A stretch of DNA of 64,000 bases from Spirochaetia bacterium (GCA_965199955.1 CBDATQ010000001.1:1056001-1120000), one strand, 5' to 3'. Counted from the first letter of the stretch, positions 40,694-51,217 are shown. The notes: generated by a model not told the origin, from the letters alone. Numbers and translations: made by a program.

Positions 40694-40718
40694 CTTTGCC
40701 CGGCCCGGCCCGTACCGT
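40690..40718 (+). promoter_or_regulatory. Sigma70-type promoter of rny
   Basis: TTGACT-17 nt-TACCGT, followed by a GGAGG SD. Confidence 0.65.
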
Positions 40719-40745
40719 GGATGTCAGCCATTATGGAGGAACGAA

Positions 40746-42275
40746 GTGGGACTGGTATGGTTCTTCATTCTTCCTCTCGCCGGTTTGCTGATCGGCTGGC
40801 TCGTCCGATGGTCCTACGCAAGATTCGAGCTTGCCTCTGCGGAGCAGAAGGCAAGAAGAGTACTCCAAGACGCGATACGAGAGGCGGAAGAGAGGAAGAC
40901 TGAAGCCCTCATCGAGACCAAGGACCAGCTCCTCGCCGAGCGCGAGACGCTGGACCGGGAGGCCCGTGATCAACGGCGCGAGATCGAGCGCTATGAACGG
41001 AAGATTCGTCAGAGGGAAGAGAGTCTCCAGGAGCGACTTGAGACCCTAGACCGTCAGGAACGAGCACTCGCGACGCGCGAGCAGCAAGTACAGGAGCGAG
41101 AGGACGCCGTCGACCACGCTGGAGCGGCGTTGAACGCCGAACTGGAGAAGGTCGCCCAACTCACGGTTGCGGAGGCCAAGCGGCAGCTGACCGCGAGCAT
41201 AGAAACGGAAGCCCGCCGGGAGGCGCACGACTTGGTGCGGCGTATCGAGGCGGAGGCGGCAGAGAGTGCCGAGCGGCGTTCCCGTGCGGTCATCATCTCC
41301 GCAATGCAGCGCTTGGCGACCGAGGTCACCGCCGAGACCAGCGTCACCTCGGTCGATCTCCCCTCCGACGAAATGAAGGGGCGGATCATCGGCCGGGAAG
41401 GCCGCAACATACGGGCCCTGGAGACCCTGACGGGCGTCGACATCATCATCGACGACACTCCTGAAGCCGTGATTCTCTCCTGCTTCGATCCGGTGCGCAG
41501 GGAGACCGCGAAGCTGGCTCTGCATCGGCTGGTATCGGACGGGCGCATCCATCCGGCGCGGATCGAGGAGGTCGTACGCAAAGTGATGCGGGAGCTTGAG
41601 CAGACGCTGTTCGAAGAGGGGCAGCGGGTGTTGTTCGAGCTCGGCATCCACGACATGCACCCGGATGGCGTGGCGGCGCTCGGTCGCCTGCGCTATCGAA
41701 CCAGCTATGGCCAGAACCAGCTCGCTCACTCCAAGGAAGCGGCCGTGCTCGCCGGGTTCATCGCCGTCGAGATCGGGGGCGACACGAAAGCCGCCAAGCG
41801 GGCGGCTCTGCTGCACGACGTGGGCAAGGGCATGGTATCGGACGGGGAGGTCGGGCACGCCGAGCTCGGCATGGATCTGGCCAAGCGGATCGGCGAGAAC
41901 GACATCGTGTGCAACGCGATCGGATCGCATCACAACGACATCGAGCCCGAGACGGTGGAGGCCATCATCGTCCAGATCGCGGACACCGTCTCGTCCTCGC
42001 GGCCCGGCGCGCGCCGGGAAGCGCTCGACAACTACCTCAAGAGGTTGGAAGACCTCGAGCGAATCGCCGGCGAGTACCAAGGGGTGGAAAAGACCTATGC
42101 GATCCAGGCCGGACGCGAGTTGCGCATACTGGTGAGCGCCGACTCGGTTTCCGACCATCGCGCCGGCGAGCTGAGTCGAGCGGTGGCGCGCCGGATCGAA
42201 GACGAAGTCACCTATCCCGGCCGCATCAAGGTGACGGTGATCCGCGAGACGCGCATCACCGAGTACGCGCGGTAA
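40746..42275 (+). CDS. rny: Ribonuclease Y
   Basis: N-terminal TM, coiled coil, KH motif MKGRIIGREGRN, HD motif LLHDVGK, YAIQAGRE. Confidence 0.97.
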   Translation: MGLVWFFILPLAGLLIGWLVRWSYARFELASAEQKARRVLQDAIREAEERKTEALIETKDQLLAERETLDREARDQRREIERYERKIRQREESLQERLETLDRQERALATREQQVQEREDAVDHAGAALNAELEKVAQLTVAEAKRQLTASIETEARREAHDLVRRIEAEAAESAERRSRAVIISAMQRLATEVTAETSVTSVDLPSDEMKGRIIGREGRNIRALETLTGVDIIIDDTPEAVILSCFDPVRRETAKLALHRLVSDGRIHPARIEEVVRKVMRELEQTLFEEGQRVLFELGIHDMHPDGVAALGRLRYRTSYGQNQLAHSKEAAVLAGFIAVEIGGDTKAAKRAALLHDVGKGMVSDGEVGHAELGMDLAKRIGENDIVCNAIGSHHNDIEPETVEAIIVQIADTVSSSRPGARREALDNYLKRLEDLERIAGEYQGVEKTYAIQAGRELRILVSADSVSDHRAGELSRAVARRIEDEVTYPGRIKVTVIRETRITEYAR

Positions 42276-42334
42276 GCGTTCGCGTAGCTTCGCGCCCGGC
42301 TTGCCTGCTGTTGATCCACGCTGACCCTGTGCCC

Positions 42335-43183
42335 ATGGATCCGGCCGGGCCGGCCGCAACCGCGCAGCTCCGAACCCCTCGCAGGGAGTCGTCGGAAAGG
42401 GTCGGAGTCCTCCTCATCGGGGACATCGTCGGCGACGCGGGCATGAGAGCCGTGTTCGCCGGACTGCGAGGCCTGCAGCGGCGAAGCGGCGCCTCGGTAG
42501 TCGTCGCCAATGGGGAAAACGCCGTCGATGGCTACGGATTGACACCGGAAGTTGTGGACCGCATCCTCGGTTTCGGAGTCCAGGTGATCACGTCAGGCAA
42601 TCATGTCTGGCAGCATCCCGTGTTGCATCACACGCTCGAACACGAACAGCGGTTGCTGCGTCCCGAGAACTACCTCCCCGATGCACCGGGGCACGGATGG
42701 TGTGTGGTGCGGACGCCGGCGGCTGACGTCGGCGTGCTCAACGTGCAAGGCCGTCATGCGCTCCCGTCACCGCGGTGTCCGTTCCGGACGGCCGACAGCG
42801 CCGTCGCTGCCCTGCGCACCAGGACACCCGTGATCGTGGTCGACATGCACGCCGAGTCCTCGGAGGAAAAGGAAGCGCTGGCGCTCCATCTGGATGGCCG
42901 CGTGTCGGCCGTGATCGGCACGCACACGCACGTGACCACGGCAGATGAGCGCGTTCTCCCGGGCGGCACCGCCTACATCACCGATGTAGGCATGACCGGC
43001 CCGGCCAGTGGGGTGATCGGGTTCGATCAGCGGGTGTCGGTACGGCGCAGCCTGTCGCAGATGCCCTTGAAGCTTGCGGTGGCCGACGGTCCAAGCCTGT
43101 TGAACGCCGTCCATGTCGAGGTGGACGCCGCCAGCGGCCGCGCGCTGGCGATCGAACGCATGAGAGTCGGCGAGGACCGATGA
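42335..43183 (+). CDS. ymdB: YmdB/TIGR00282 metallophosphoesterase
   Basis: GDIVG, ANGEN, TSGNH, HAE, GTHTH, DVGMTG; follows rny; start uncertain. Confidence 0.93.
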   Translation: MDPAGPAATAQLRTPRRESSERVGVLLIGDIVGDAGMRAVFAGLRGLQRRSGASVVVANGENAVDGYGLTPEVVDRILGFGVQVITSGNHVWQHPVLHHTLEHEQRLLRPENYLPDAPGHGWCVVRTPAADVGVLNVQGRHALPSPRCPFRTADSAVAALRTRTPVIVVDMHAESSEEKEALALHLDGRVSAVIGTHTHVTTADERVLPGGTAYITDVGMTGPASGVIGFDQRVSVRRSLSQMPLKLAVADGPSLLNAVHVEVDAASGRALAIERMRVGEDR

Positions 43184-43242
43184 CGCTCCGCGGCTTCTCG
43201 GGGCGGTTGGGTATGGCAAACGGAGCGGGGACCCGGAGGGAT

Positions 43243-43968
43243 TCAGCGCTCGATTGAGTCCCGGGTGAGCGGCTCGCCGATGTAGATGCCTTCCGGCCCG
43301 AGGTAGTCGACGTTGGTTCCATCGATGAGGACCTGCACCGCGTCGACGGTAGGAAGATCGGTGGCCGAATACACGAGCTGCTTCAGGCGGCCCAGGAGTG
43401 CTTCCTGGCCGAGCGAGCTGAAGCGGAATCCTTGACCGAGATCGATGGTCGCCGTCCCGTCCTGGACGGATACACCGTGAAGCTCCACATCCTCGGGCAG
43501 CAGGCTGATGAGATCGAGGCGCTGCTCGGCATCCGTGGGTCCGGCGAGGAGCTCGCGCAGCGTCGCCGTGAGCGGCGCGGCATCGGCGCTGACCGACCGC
43601 TGCACGCCGTGGAGCCGCATTTCGCCGGCCTCGTCCACCATCACGAAGAACACCCGGGCGGTGCGCTTCGGCACGGGCGGTTCGGGCTGCTCCACACGGG
43701 CAGGCCGCGGGGCCGCAGGCTCCTGCGTCGGGTCGATCGTCTCCGCACGGTCCGGCGCCTGGCTCCGATTCACGTACCGGTTCGAAGGCTGGCCGGATGG
43801 TCGCTGCACGACTACGGAGGAACCATCCCCCGGCATCACCGCCGAAAAGAAGTCGGTTGACTCCAGCACCCGTTCGATGGTCGGACGGCTGAACACGAAC
43901 ACCACCAGCACCGCGGTAACCAGGCCCACCCAGAAGACGAACCCCACCCAAGACCGCTTGCGAGCCAT
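43243..43968 (-). CDS. GerMN-domain membrane-anchored protein
   Basis: N-terminal TM; LLAGPT..E..L.SLLP, ATIDL, QLVYSAT..V..VQVLIDG. Confidence 0.85.
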   Translation of the reverse strand: MARKRSWVGFVFWVGLVTAVLVVFVFSRPTIERVLESTDFFSAVMPGDGSSVVVQRPSGQPSNRYVNRSQAPDRAETIDPTQEPAAPRPARVEQPEPPVPKRTARVFFVMVDEAGEMRLHGVQRSVSADAAPLTATLRELLAGPTDAEQRLDLISLLPEDVELHGVSVQDGTATIDLGQGFRFSSLGQEALLGRLKQLVYSATDLPTVDAVQVLIDGTNVDYLGPEGIYIGEPLTRDSIER

Positions 43969-44040
43969 TCCTATTGAGATCATCGGCACGCCGGTCCGCC
44001 GATTTGATGCGGTCGGCGGTGTCGTGTCAGGGCCGCGAGT

Positions 44041-44070
44041 TTGACAGTGCGGAGCCCGCGGACGTACCGT
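44041..44070 (+). promoter_or_regulatory. Sigma70-type promoter of der
   Basis: TTGACA-18 nt-TACCGT. Confidence 0.65.
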
Positions 44071-44115
44071 GGGGATAGGGAGTGCCGCTGCTGCTGCCGA
44101 CGCTCCGTTCAGATC

Positions 44116-45492
44116 ATGACTGTCGCCATCATCGGGCGGCCCAACGTCGGCAAGTCCACCTTGTTCAATCGGCTCTGCAACCTCCGCCGGGCGATCACCC
44201 ACGCGGATCCCGGGGTTACCAGAGACTTGGGCTACGCGCCATGGGATATTGGCGGCGGCCTGACAGCCACGCTGATGGACTCAGGCGGTGTCGTCAGTGC
44301 CCGGATCCCTGACGAACCGCTTGCAGACCAGGTTTCGACGCGCGCGCGTGAGGCGGCGGCCGCGGCCGACGTGGTCCTGCTGGTCGTCGACTTCGACGGA
44401 CCGAGCGCCGACGACCATGCGCTCGCGGAGGATCTTCGCCGCCGCGGAAAGGACCCGATCGTGGCGGTCAACAAGGCCGACCATGCCGCCCTTGACGTCG
44501 AGGCGGCTCGATTCCACGAACTCGGCTTCCGCGACGTCGTGGCGATCTCCGCAGCCCACGGCCGCGGCATCGATGCGCTTGCAGAGATCACCCGCACGCG
44601 TCTCTCCGCCGCGGGCGGGGTTCTCCATCATGCTCAGGACCCGGTGCCCGATGAGGACACCCCGGACGGAGTGATTCGTCTTGCGCTGCTCGGGCGGCCC
44701 AACACCGGCAAGTCGACGTTGCTCAATTCGCTCACCGGGCGCCCGCTGGCGCTGGTGGACGCCACGCCCGGCACGACCCGCGATCCGGTGAGCGGCCGCT
44801 TCATCGCAGATGGCGTGCGGTTCGAGGTCGTGGACACCGCGGGGCTCCGGCGGCGGACGCGCGTACAGGAACCCGTAGAATACTATTCCACACAACGTTC
44901 CGTCGACGCGCTGGAGCACAGCGACGTGGTCGTGCTGCTGGCGGATGCCGGGGAGGAGATCGCCGACCAGGACAAACGCCTGGCGTCCCTGGCGGTGCGC
45001 AAGGGAAACGGCCTGGTGGTAGCGCTCAACAAGTGGGATCTGTTCCAGCCTCACCAGCGCGATGGGGTGATTGCGCGCGCCCGCTACCAGCTTCCGGCAC
45101 TGAACTACGTACCGCTGATCACGTTGTCCGCCCGCGAGCGAACCGGCATTTCCAGCCTGACCGAAGCGTGCGCGGCGGTGAGCAGGCAGCGCTCCCGGTT
45201 GGTCTCCACCAGCCAGATCAACGATGCGGTGCGGAAGTGGAACCGGGGGCCGGGAGCTTCGGAGAAAGGAAGGCGCGCGGCGCCGGGCCGCCAACCTCTC
45301 CGAGTCCAGTATGGGGTGCAGACCGGCACCAATCCCGTGCGCCTCCTGTTTTTCGTTAACAGGGTTCGTGTTCCGTCCCACTACCGCCGCTTCCTCGAGA
45401 ACCGGGCGCGGGCCGACCTGGGCTTCGACCGGGTCCCAATCATCATCGACGTTCGCGGGCCTGAGAAACGCGGCCGACCGGGCCGGCGCTGA
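44116..45492 (+). CDS. der: Ribosome biogenesis GTPase Der (EngA)
   Basis: Two G domains (GRPNVGKST, GRPNTGKST), DTAG, NKWD, KH-like C-terminus. Confidence 0.96.
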   Translation: MTVAIIGRPNVGKSTLFNRLCNLRRAITHADPGVTRDLGYAPWDIGGGLTATLMDSGGVVSARIPDEPLADQVSTRAREAAAAADVVLLVVDFDGPSADDHALAEDLRRRGKDPIVAVNKADHAALDVEAARFHELGFRDVVAISAAHGRGIDALAEITRTRLSAAGGVLHHAQDPVPDEDTPDGVIRLALLGRPNTGKSTLLNSLTGRPLALVDATPGTTRDPVSGRFIADGVRFEVVDTAGLRRRTRVQEPVEYYSTQRSVDALEHSDVVVLLADAGEEIADQDKRLASLAVRKGNGLVVALNKWDLFQPHQRDGVIARARYQLPALNYVPLITLSARERTGISSLTEACAAVSRQRSRLVSTSQINDAVRKWNRGPGASEKGRRAAPGRQPLRVQYGVQTGTNPVRLLFFVNRVRVPSHYRRFLENRARADLGFDRVPIIIDVRGPEKRGRPGRR

Positions 45493-45505
45493 AAGGGGTA
45501 CCGGT

Positions 45506-45895
45506 ACGTACTACTCGATCGGGCAGGTCAGCGAACTGCTGGGGGTCAAGCCGCACATCCTGCGCTACTGGGAGCGTTCCATCCCGCAGATCGCTCCTCG
45601 CAAGAATGTCTACGGCCGACGAGTGTACGGCAGCTATGAGGTGAACGTGCTGTTTCGCGTCCGCTACCTGTTGCAGGAGGCTCGCTTTACGGTCGACGGC
45701 GCGAGCCGTCGGCTGTGGCAGGAAACCGAGCGGGTCGATCCGGAGTTGCGCGCGCAGCTCGCCGAGATCCGCGACGACCTGCTGGCCGCGCTGGTCGCCA
45801 GCAGGTCGGTGCGGCGCGCCATCGCGGGGAGGGCCGGCAACGGCCGCGGTGCTGCTTCCGGCGCTTCGATGATGCCGGTGCAGGCACGGCCATGA
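45506..45895 (+). CDS. MerR-family transcriptional regulator (probable ACG start)
   Basis: YYSIGQVSELLGVKPHILRYWE...GRRVY; no ATG/GTG/TTG near the domain start. Confidence 0.8.
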   Translation, partial: TYYSIGQVSELLGVKPHILRYWERSIPQIAPRKNVYGRRVYGSYEVNVLFRVRYLLQEARFTVDGASRRLWQETERVDPELRAQLAEIRDDLLAALVASRSVRRAIAGRAGNGRGAASGASMMPVQARP

Positions 45896-45959
45896 AGCGA
45901 ACTATCTTGTAGTTCCACATCAAGAGCGGGGCGGTTCGTACCGTCATTCAATAAGTAGG

Positions 45960-48932
45960 ATGAAGGGGTACGTGTCCGCGGGTGCCCGGGTGCTGCTCGC
46001 GATGTCGAGCCTCGCCGGACGCAGGGTCTCCCGCCCCGGCGTGTGCCTTGCCCTGGCCGCGAGCGCCGTCGCTCTGCCGCTTGCGATCTTGGCCGACGAG
46101 CGTGAGCTCCTAAGCGAAGCCGCGCGGCGGATTACCGATGGCGACTACGAGCTCGCCTTGCAGGTGTACGACACGTTTCTCGCCCGCTATCCGAAGTCCG
46201 AGTCAATTGCGGATGTTCACTTCGGCCGGGGGGTCTCGCTGTATCACCTCGGCCGCTACGAGGAGGCGCTGGAGACCTTCGCACTGATCGGAAGTCGCTA
46301 CCGGCTCGCCGCGTTCCTCGAAGAGATCCCCTATTGGACCGGCATCACCCGGTATCAGCTCGGTGCCTTCGAGGCCGCGGCGCTGGATCTCAAGCAGTTC
46401 GTGAGCTCGGGCGCCGCGCCTGCACGCCGGCCGCAGGCACTGCTGTACCAGGGCTTGGCCGAGTTGGGGGCCGGGAGGGTTGCCGCGGCGCAGGAGTCGC
46501 TCGCGGAGCTGATGCGTCAGAGCGAGGGCATGTCCGACGGTACGATCGCCTACGCCGCGGTTCTGCTGGCCCACAGCTACCGTGCCGGCGGACAACACGA
46601 GGAGCTGGTCGCCTTCGCATCCGGCCTGCCGACCGCATCGTATCCGCCACGGTACCGGGAGCAGATCATGTTCTACGAGGCGGAGGCGCTGTGGGAGCTG
46701 GAGCGCGTGGAGCTTGCCACGGAGCTCTACCGGCAACTCGTGTCGGCCGCTCCTGAGATCGCGGCGGCCGCACACCGTCGGTTGTTCGCCGCCGCACGGC
46801 GGGCCGGCGACCTCGACGCCATGCAGCGCTGGACGCACAGCGCCGAGAACCGTTTCGCAACATCACCCGGGATCCTGAGCGACTTCTGGTTGCGCCTGGG
46901 CACCGAGAGCTACGAGCGTGGCGCCGACGAGCTCGCCGAGCTGTTCCTCCGCAAGGTCTGGGAACGCGAACTGGCCGCCGGAAGGACGGACGGCACAGCG
47001 CCGCTGTACCTGGCGATGACCCTGATCCGCACTGACGCATCCCCGGAGGCCGATCTCCTGTCGGAAGCGAAGGAGATCCTTGCGCATGTCATCCGGATGG
47101 CCCCGGGCCGCTCCGCAGCCGTGCAGATGATCCTCGGCGATATCGCACTGGAAGAGCAGCGGTTCGCCGAAGCCGCCGCTCTGTATAGCGATCTCCGTAC
47201 GCGGCATCAGGACGACGCGCGCGCCGCCGAGGTGGCTTATCTGGCAGCTTACGCGTTCTATCGGGCCGGCGATCTGGTGAAGGCGGATGCGGCTGCCGCG
47301 GACGCCGAGGAAGCCGTGAGAGGAAGTTCCTATCACGCCGATCTGCTGCGCCTGCGGGCCAATCTTGCCCGGCGTGAAGGCAGGCTGGAGGCAGCTCTGC
47401 AGCGCATCGATGAGCTGATCCAACTGCTCCCGGAGGATGTCTCTGCGCAGATCGACCGGATGAAGCTGGCATTCGACCTGGAAGACCACGCGGCGGTAAC
47501 GCAGTACGCGCGCCGGCTTCGGGAGACGTTCCCGGATCTGGCCGGGAGCGATCCCGGCGCGGATGCCGTGGCCGCCTACCTGCAGGGCGTGTCGGAAATC
47601 GCACTCAAGCGGTACCGCGCCGGGATCGAGTTGCTACGCCGGCCGGGGCTCCAGCAGGCATTGGGGGCCGATCTGGCGAATCTGGCCGTGGACGCGGACT
47701 ACTGGCTAGGGTGGGCGCTGTACCGGCTCGGCGAGTTCCGCGAGGCGGCTTCCGTCCTGGAGAGCCGGCAGGATGACGACGACTCCCTGTTCCTCGTGGC
47801 CTGGGCCTACTACAGCGAAGAACGGTTCGAGGAGGCAGCGCACCGCTTCGACAGCCTGGCGCGGCGCGTGGGGGCGAACCTGGCCGGCAGAGCCCGTTAC
47901 ATGCACGCCAAGAGCCTCCGGAACCTGGGCCGCGTAGCGGGTGCGCAACATTCGTACCGAGAGGTATGGGAGCGCTATCCCACCGATGAGGTGGCCGACG
48001 ACGCGCTGTTCGAGTACGGGGAAACCGCCGATGAAGCCGGAGACGTGGAGCTTGCAGTGACCGCGTTCGAGACGCTGGTGGACCGCTATCCGGACAGCAC
48101 GCTCCGTGCGGAAGCGCTGTTCCGGGGCGCCGAGGTCCTCTTCGAGGAGGGCGACTATGCGCGTTCTAAGGACACGTTCTACCGGTACCGGCAAGAGTAT
48201 CCGTCCGGTGAGTCCATCCCCGCCGCGCTGTATTGGGGCGGATTGGCGGCGGAGCGCTCGGGAGAGCGCTTCGAAGCGGCGTTCATGTGGTCGAACCTGA
48301 TCGATCGCTATCCGGACAGCTCCTTTCACCCCGAAGCCCTGAACCTGCGGGCGACGGCCTATCTGGCCGATGGGGAACACGGCGCGGCGCTGGAGAGCCT
48401 CGAAGAGTTGCTGAGACGCCATCCGGATCAGGCGAAGGCGCTGGGCACGGAGCAGCGGATCGCCGAGGTCAAGCTGCTGATGACCGGCCTCACCGGCAGG
48501 GAGGCGGAGCTTTCGGCTTCCGTCGAGCGGCTCGGCCGCGCGGAGACCGAGGCGGGGCGCAAGGCGATGCTGGAGTTGGCAGGCCTGTATCTGATCGACG
48601 AGTCGGCGCCTCCCGACCGCGCCTTTCGACTGCTGGAGGACGTGGCCTCGACCGCGAGCGACCCGACCGTCCTCGCACGTGCCCGGGTGATGCTCGGCGA
48701 GTACTACCTGCGGCGCGAGGACCCGACGGCGGCGGCAAGGGCCTTCCTCGACGCCGCCCTGGTCCAGGGAGCGGAGGAGGAGCTGCGCGCGGAAGCCATC
48801 CTGAAGTCGGCCGAGGCGGAGGCCGCCGCGGGGCGGTCCGACGCCGCGAAAGCGCTTGCGCAGCGGATTCTGGACAACTTCCCCGAATCCAGGTGGGCCG
48901 GGCAGGCGCGCACAATGGTAGGTGAGGAATGA
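45960..48932 (+). CDS. Large exported tetratricopeptide-repeat protein
   Basis: Hydrophobic N-terminal segment; many TPRs with BamD/CpoB-like xxYPxS turns (RYPKSE, RYPTDE, RYPDST, EYPSGE, NFPESRW). Confidence 0.9.
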   Translation: MKGYVSAGARVLLAMSSLAGRRVSRPGVCLALAASAVALPLAILADERELLSEAARRITDGDYELALQVYDTFLARYPKSESIADVHFGRGVSLYHLGRYEEALETFALIGSRYRLAAFLEEIPYWTGITRYQLGAFEAAALDLKQFVSSGAAPARRPQALLYQGLAELGAGRVAAAQESLAELMRQSEGMSDGTIAYAAVLLAHSYRAGGQHEELVAFASGLPTASYPPRYREQIMFYEAEALWELERVELATELYRQLVSAAPEIAAAAHRRLFAAARRAGDLDAMQRWTHSAENRFATSPGILSDFWLRLGTESYERGADELAELFLRKVWERELAAGRTDGTAPLYLAMTLIRTDASPEADLLSEAKEILAHVIRMAPGRSAAVQMILGDIALEEQRFAEAAALYSDLRTRHQDDARAAEVAYLAAYAFYRAGDLVKADAAAADAEEAVRGSSYHADLLRLRANLARREGRLEAALQRIDELIQLLPEDVSAQIDRMKLAFDLEDHAAVTQYARRLRETFPDLAGSDPGADAVAAYLQGVSEIALKRYRAGIELLRRPGLQQALGADLANLAVDADYWLGWALYRLGEFREAASVLESRQDDDDSLFLVAWAYYSEERFEEAAHRFDSLARRVGANLAGRARYMHAKSLRNLGRVAGAQHSYREVWERYPTDEVADDALFEYGETADEAGDVELAVTAFETLVDRYPDSTLRAEALFRGAEVLFEEGDYARSKDTFYRYRQEYPSGESIPAALYWGGLAAERSGERFEAAFMWSNLIDRYPDSSFHPEALNLRATAYLADGEHGAALESLEELLRRHPDQAKALGTEQRIAEVKLLMTGLTGREAELSASVERLGRAETEAGRKAMLELAGLYLIDESAPPDRAFRLLEDVASTASDPTVLARARVMLGEYYLRREDPTAAARAFLDAALVQGAEEELRAEAILKSAEAEAAAGRSDAAKALAQRILDNFPESRWAGQARTMVGEE

Positions 48933-50590
48933 TGGACATGAGAGTGTCGGCGGCGCGACGCGTCGCCGGGTACGCGCTGGCGACCGTACTGGCGGCGTTG
49001 ACCGTAGCCGCCCATGGGCAGGCAAGCGACCTGCAGCCGGCGGCTCGCCCGCTGGAGGTGCCTGCCGTCACGTTGAGCATCGAGGACGTGGCGGAGGTAC
49101 AGGTGAAACCGGGCCTGCCGCCGGAGGCAGAGCTGACGAAGCCGGATTCGGCCGTGCCGCTGCCGGAGGCCGATGAGCTGCGGGTGGTCACGCCCGGATT
49201 GCCGGAAGTCTTGACCGACTCCGGCGAGGGCGGCCCCGGGCTGCTGGGCCCCGGTCTGGCGATGCAGGCGGCGGTCGCCGCCGGCAACAACGGCCTGCTC
49301 ACCAGCAGCATCGCCCTTCAGCACGCGGGTGACGGACCGGACTTTCATCTGGGCGTGGACCACCAGCTTCTGGAGGGATTCGGGCCGCCGGCACCCTTGC
49401 AGGGGTACCACCGCACCGACGATCTGCAGGGTGCCTACAGCAGCGACATCGGCGGCGCGGACCTTGGCGTGTCCGGCCGCTACCGGCGGGTCGAGGACGG
49501 CCTGCAGGATATCGGCGATCCCGCTCACGACCTGAGCCATCAGCTTGTCGACGGCAACCTGACGTTGCTGGTGCGGCCGAGCAACGTCGTCACGGTGAGC
49601 GGCATGATCGGTGGCAGGGGCGCCTCACGGGAATTCAGGGGCAGCGAAGAGTTGGCGGTGACCGAGTGGCAGGGACGCGCGGGCGCAGGTCTGACGGCGC
49701 AACTCCGTCAGTTGGAGATCGGCGTGACGGGGGACTACGAGTTCCGGCACATTCGTGTCGAGGAGCCGACCGCGCATCGGCTGCTGGGGCAGCTCGCGCT
49801 CACCTACGACCTTGGAGTGCCGGTCCGGCTCGGCGCTCGCGCCGGGGTGCAGTACGCATCCGAAGACAAGACCTCGGAGGTGCGCATCCCGTTCGAGGTG
49901 TCGATGGACGGCATGCCGACCGATCTGATCACCCTGCGGATCGCCGCAGGGCGGGAGATCATCGGCCGCGATCTCGCCGGCCTGTATGAGACGCTCAAGT
50001 TCGTCGAGGAGCCGGCGGATCTGCGCGACACGCGCCAGTGGTTCGGCGACGTGTCGGTGCGGGCGGCCGTCGGCGAGGATGTGCACCTTGTCGCCGCGGT
50101 GCGTGGTGAGTCCGGGACGAACCGGGTCGATGTCAGCGGCGAGCTTGACGAGCATTCCAGGCTGCACCAGGTGGTGCAGACGGCCGAGGCCGGGACACTC
50201 CAGACCGGCCTGGGATTGCGATGGGACATCAACCCCAATGCGGCCCTCAATCTCGACTGGTCGGGAGCATTCTTCGACATCCCGCTGTACCAGTCCCCGC
50301 ACGTGTTCAGCCTCGGCATGCGGGCAACTTGGGACGGCGGCCGCTTCGGCGTCGAGAACAACGTCGACTGGGTGTTTCCGAATGAACTGGAGACCGGCAG
50401 GTACCGTGCACCCGACGTGGGCCTGCCAATCGTCTCGGCCCGCGGTTTCTACAACATCTCGGACAATTTCGCCATAGTCGCCGGTCTCGCCGATCTGCTG
50501 CAGCCGTTGTCGGATGAGCCGCGCTACGAGCTGGCGCCATACCAGGAGCCCGGCTTCCAGGCCTCGCTCGGCGTCGAAGTCAACCTGTAG
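48929..50590 (+). CDS. Putative outer-membrane beta-barrel protein (short, TonB-receptor-like)
   Basis: Signal peptide ending AHG-Q, amphipathic beta strands, C-terminal strand GFQASLGVEVNL; upstream of exbBD-tonB. Confidence 0.65.
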   Translation: MMDMRVSAARRVAGYALATVLAALTVAAHGQASDLQPAARPLEVPAVTLSIEDVAEVQVKPGLPPEAELTKPDSAVPLPEADELRVVTPGLPEVLTDSGEGGPGLLGPGLAMQAAVAAGNNGLLTSSIALQHAGDGPDFHLGVDHQLLEGFGPPAPLQGYHRTDDLQGAYSSDIGGADLGVSGRYRRVEDGLQDIGDPAHDLSHQLVDGNLTLLVRPSNVVTVSGMIGGRGASREFRGSEELAVTEWQGRAGAGLTAQLRQLEIGVTGDYEFRHIRVEEPTAHRLLGQLALTYDLGVPVRLGARAGVQYASEDKTSEVRIPFEVSMDGMPTDLITLRIAAGREIIGRDLAGLYETLKFVEEPADLRDTRQWFGDVSVRAAVGEDVHLVAAVRGESGTNRVDVSGELDEHSRLHQVVQTAEAGTLQTGLGLRWDINPNAALNLDWSGAFFDIPLYQSPHVFSLGMRATWDGGRFGVENNVDWVFPNELETGRYRAPDVGLPIVSARGFYNISDNFAIVAGLADLLQPLSDEPRYELAPYQEPGFQASLGVEVNL

Positions 50591-50608
50591 AGGAAGGGAG
50601 GATAGGCC

Positions 50609-51217
50609 GTGGACATCATTCAGAAAGGCGGTCCGATCATGGTCGTGATCATCTTTCTGTCGGTCGTGGCAGTGGTCGTGATCATCGAGCGGATGCTGTA
50701 CTTTCGCCGCAACCGGGTGGATGAGGAGAAGCTGCTCAGCCGGCTGAAGAGCCGCCTGCAGGAGCGTCACTTCGATGAAGCCCTGGCGATCTGCGAAGCG
50801 AACCCGTCGCCGATCTCCAGCCTGGTCTCGGTCGGCATCCAGCACCGCCACCAGCCGAACCGCGTCGTCCGGGAGATCATCATGGACGCGGCCAACGTCG
50901 AGATCCCCAAGCAGGAGCGTTTTCTGCCGACTCTCGGAACGATCGCTCACGTGGCGCCGTTGCTGGGCCTGCTGGGGACGGTGACCGGAAACATCAGTGC
51001 GTTCGGCGTGCTCGGCGAGGCGGGTGCGGTGGCGGATTCATCCCAGCTGGCGCTCGGGATCTCGGAGGCATTGCTGACCACCGCTGCCGGCCTGATCGTC
51101 GGTATTCCGGTGATCATGTTCTACAACTACCTGGTCAGCAAAGCCAACAATACGATCGTCCGGCTGGAGAACCGGGTCAGCGAGCTCGTGCTGCTGCTGG
51201 GAGTTCAGGGGGAATGA
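50609..51217 (+). CDS. exbB: MotA/TolQ/ExbB proton channel protein
   Basis: APLLGLLGTVTG, GISEALLTTAAGLIVGIP. Confidence 0.93.
   Translation: MDIIQKGGPIMVVIIFLSVVAVVVIIERMLYFRRNRVDEEKLLSRLKSRLQERHFDEALAICEANPSPISSLVSVGIQHRHQPNRVVREIIMDAANVEIPKQERFLPTLGTIAHVAPLLGLLGTVTGNISAFGVLGEAGAVADSSQLALGISEALLTTAAGLIVGIPVIMFYNYLVSKANNTIVRLENRVSELVLLLGVQGE

Noticed and set aside
42383..42420. Third non-canonical start at the ymdB domain boundary, after AGGGAG
   Set aside because: An in-frame ATG exists at 42335, and the candidate codons (AGG, GTC) are implausible initiators.
43180..43257. ATGA-initiated micro-ORF after ymdB
   Set aside because: The next gene is convergent, so it bridges nothing; it shows that such ORFs also arise as background.
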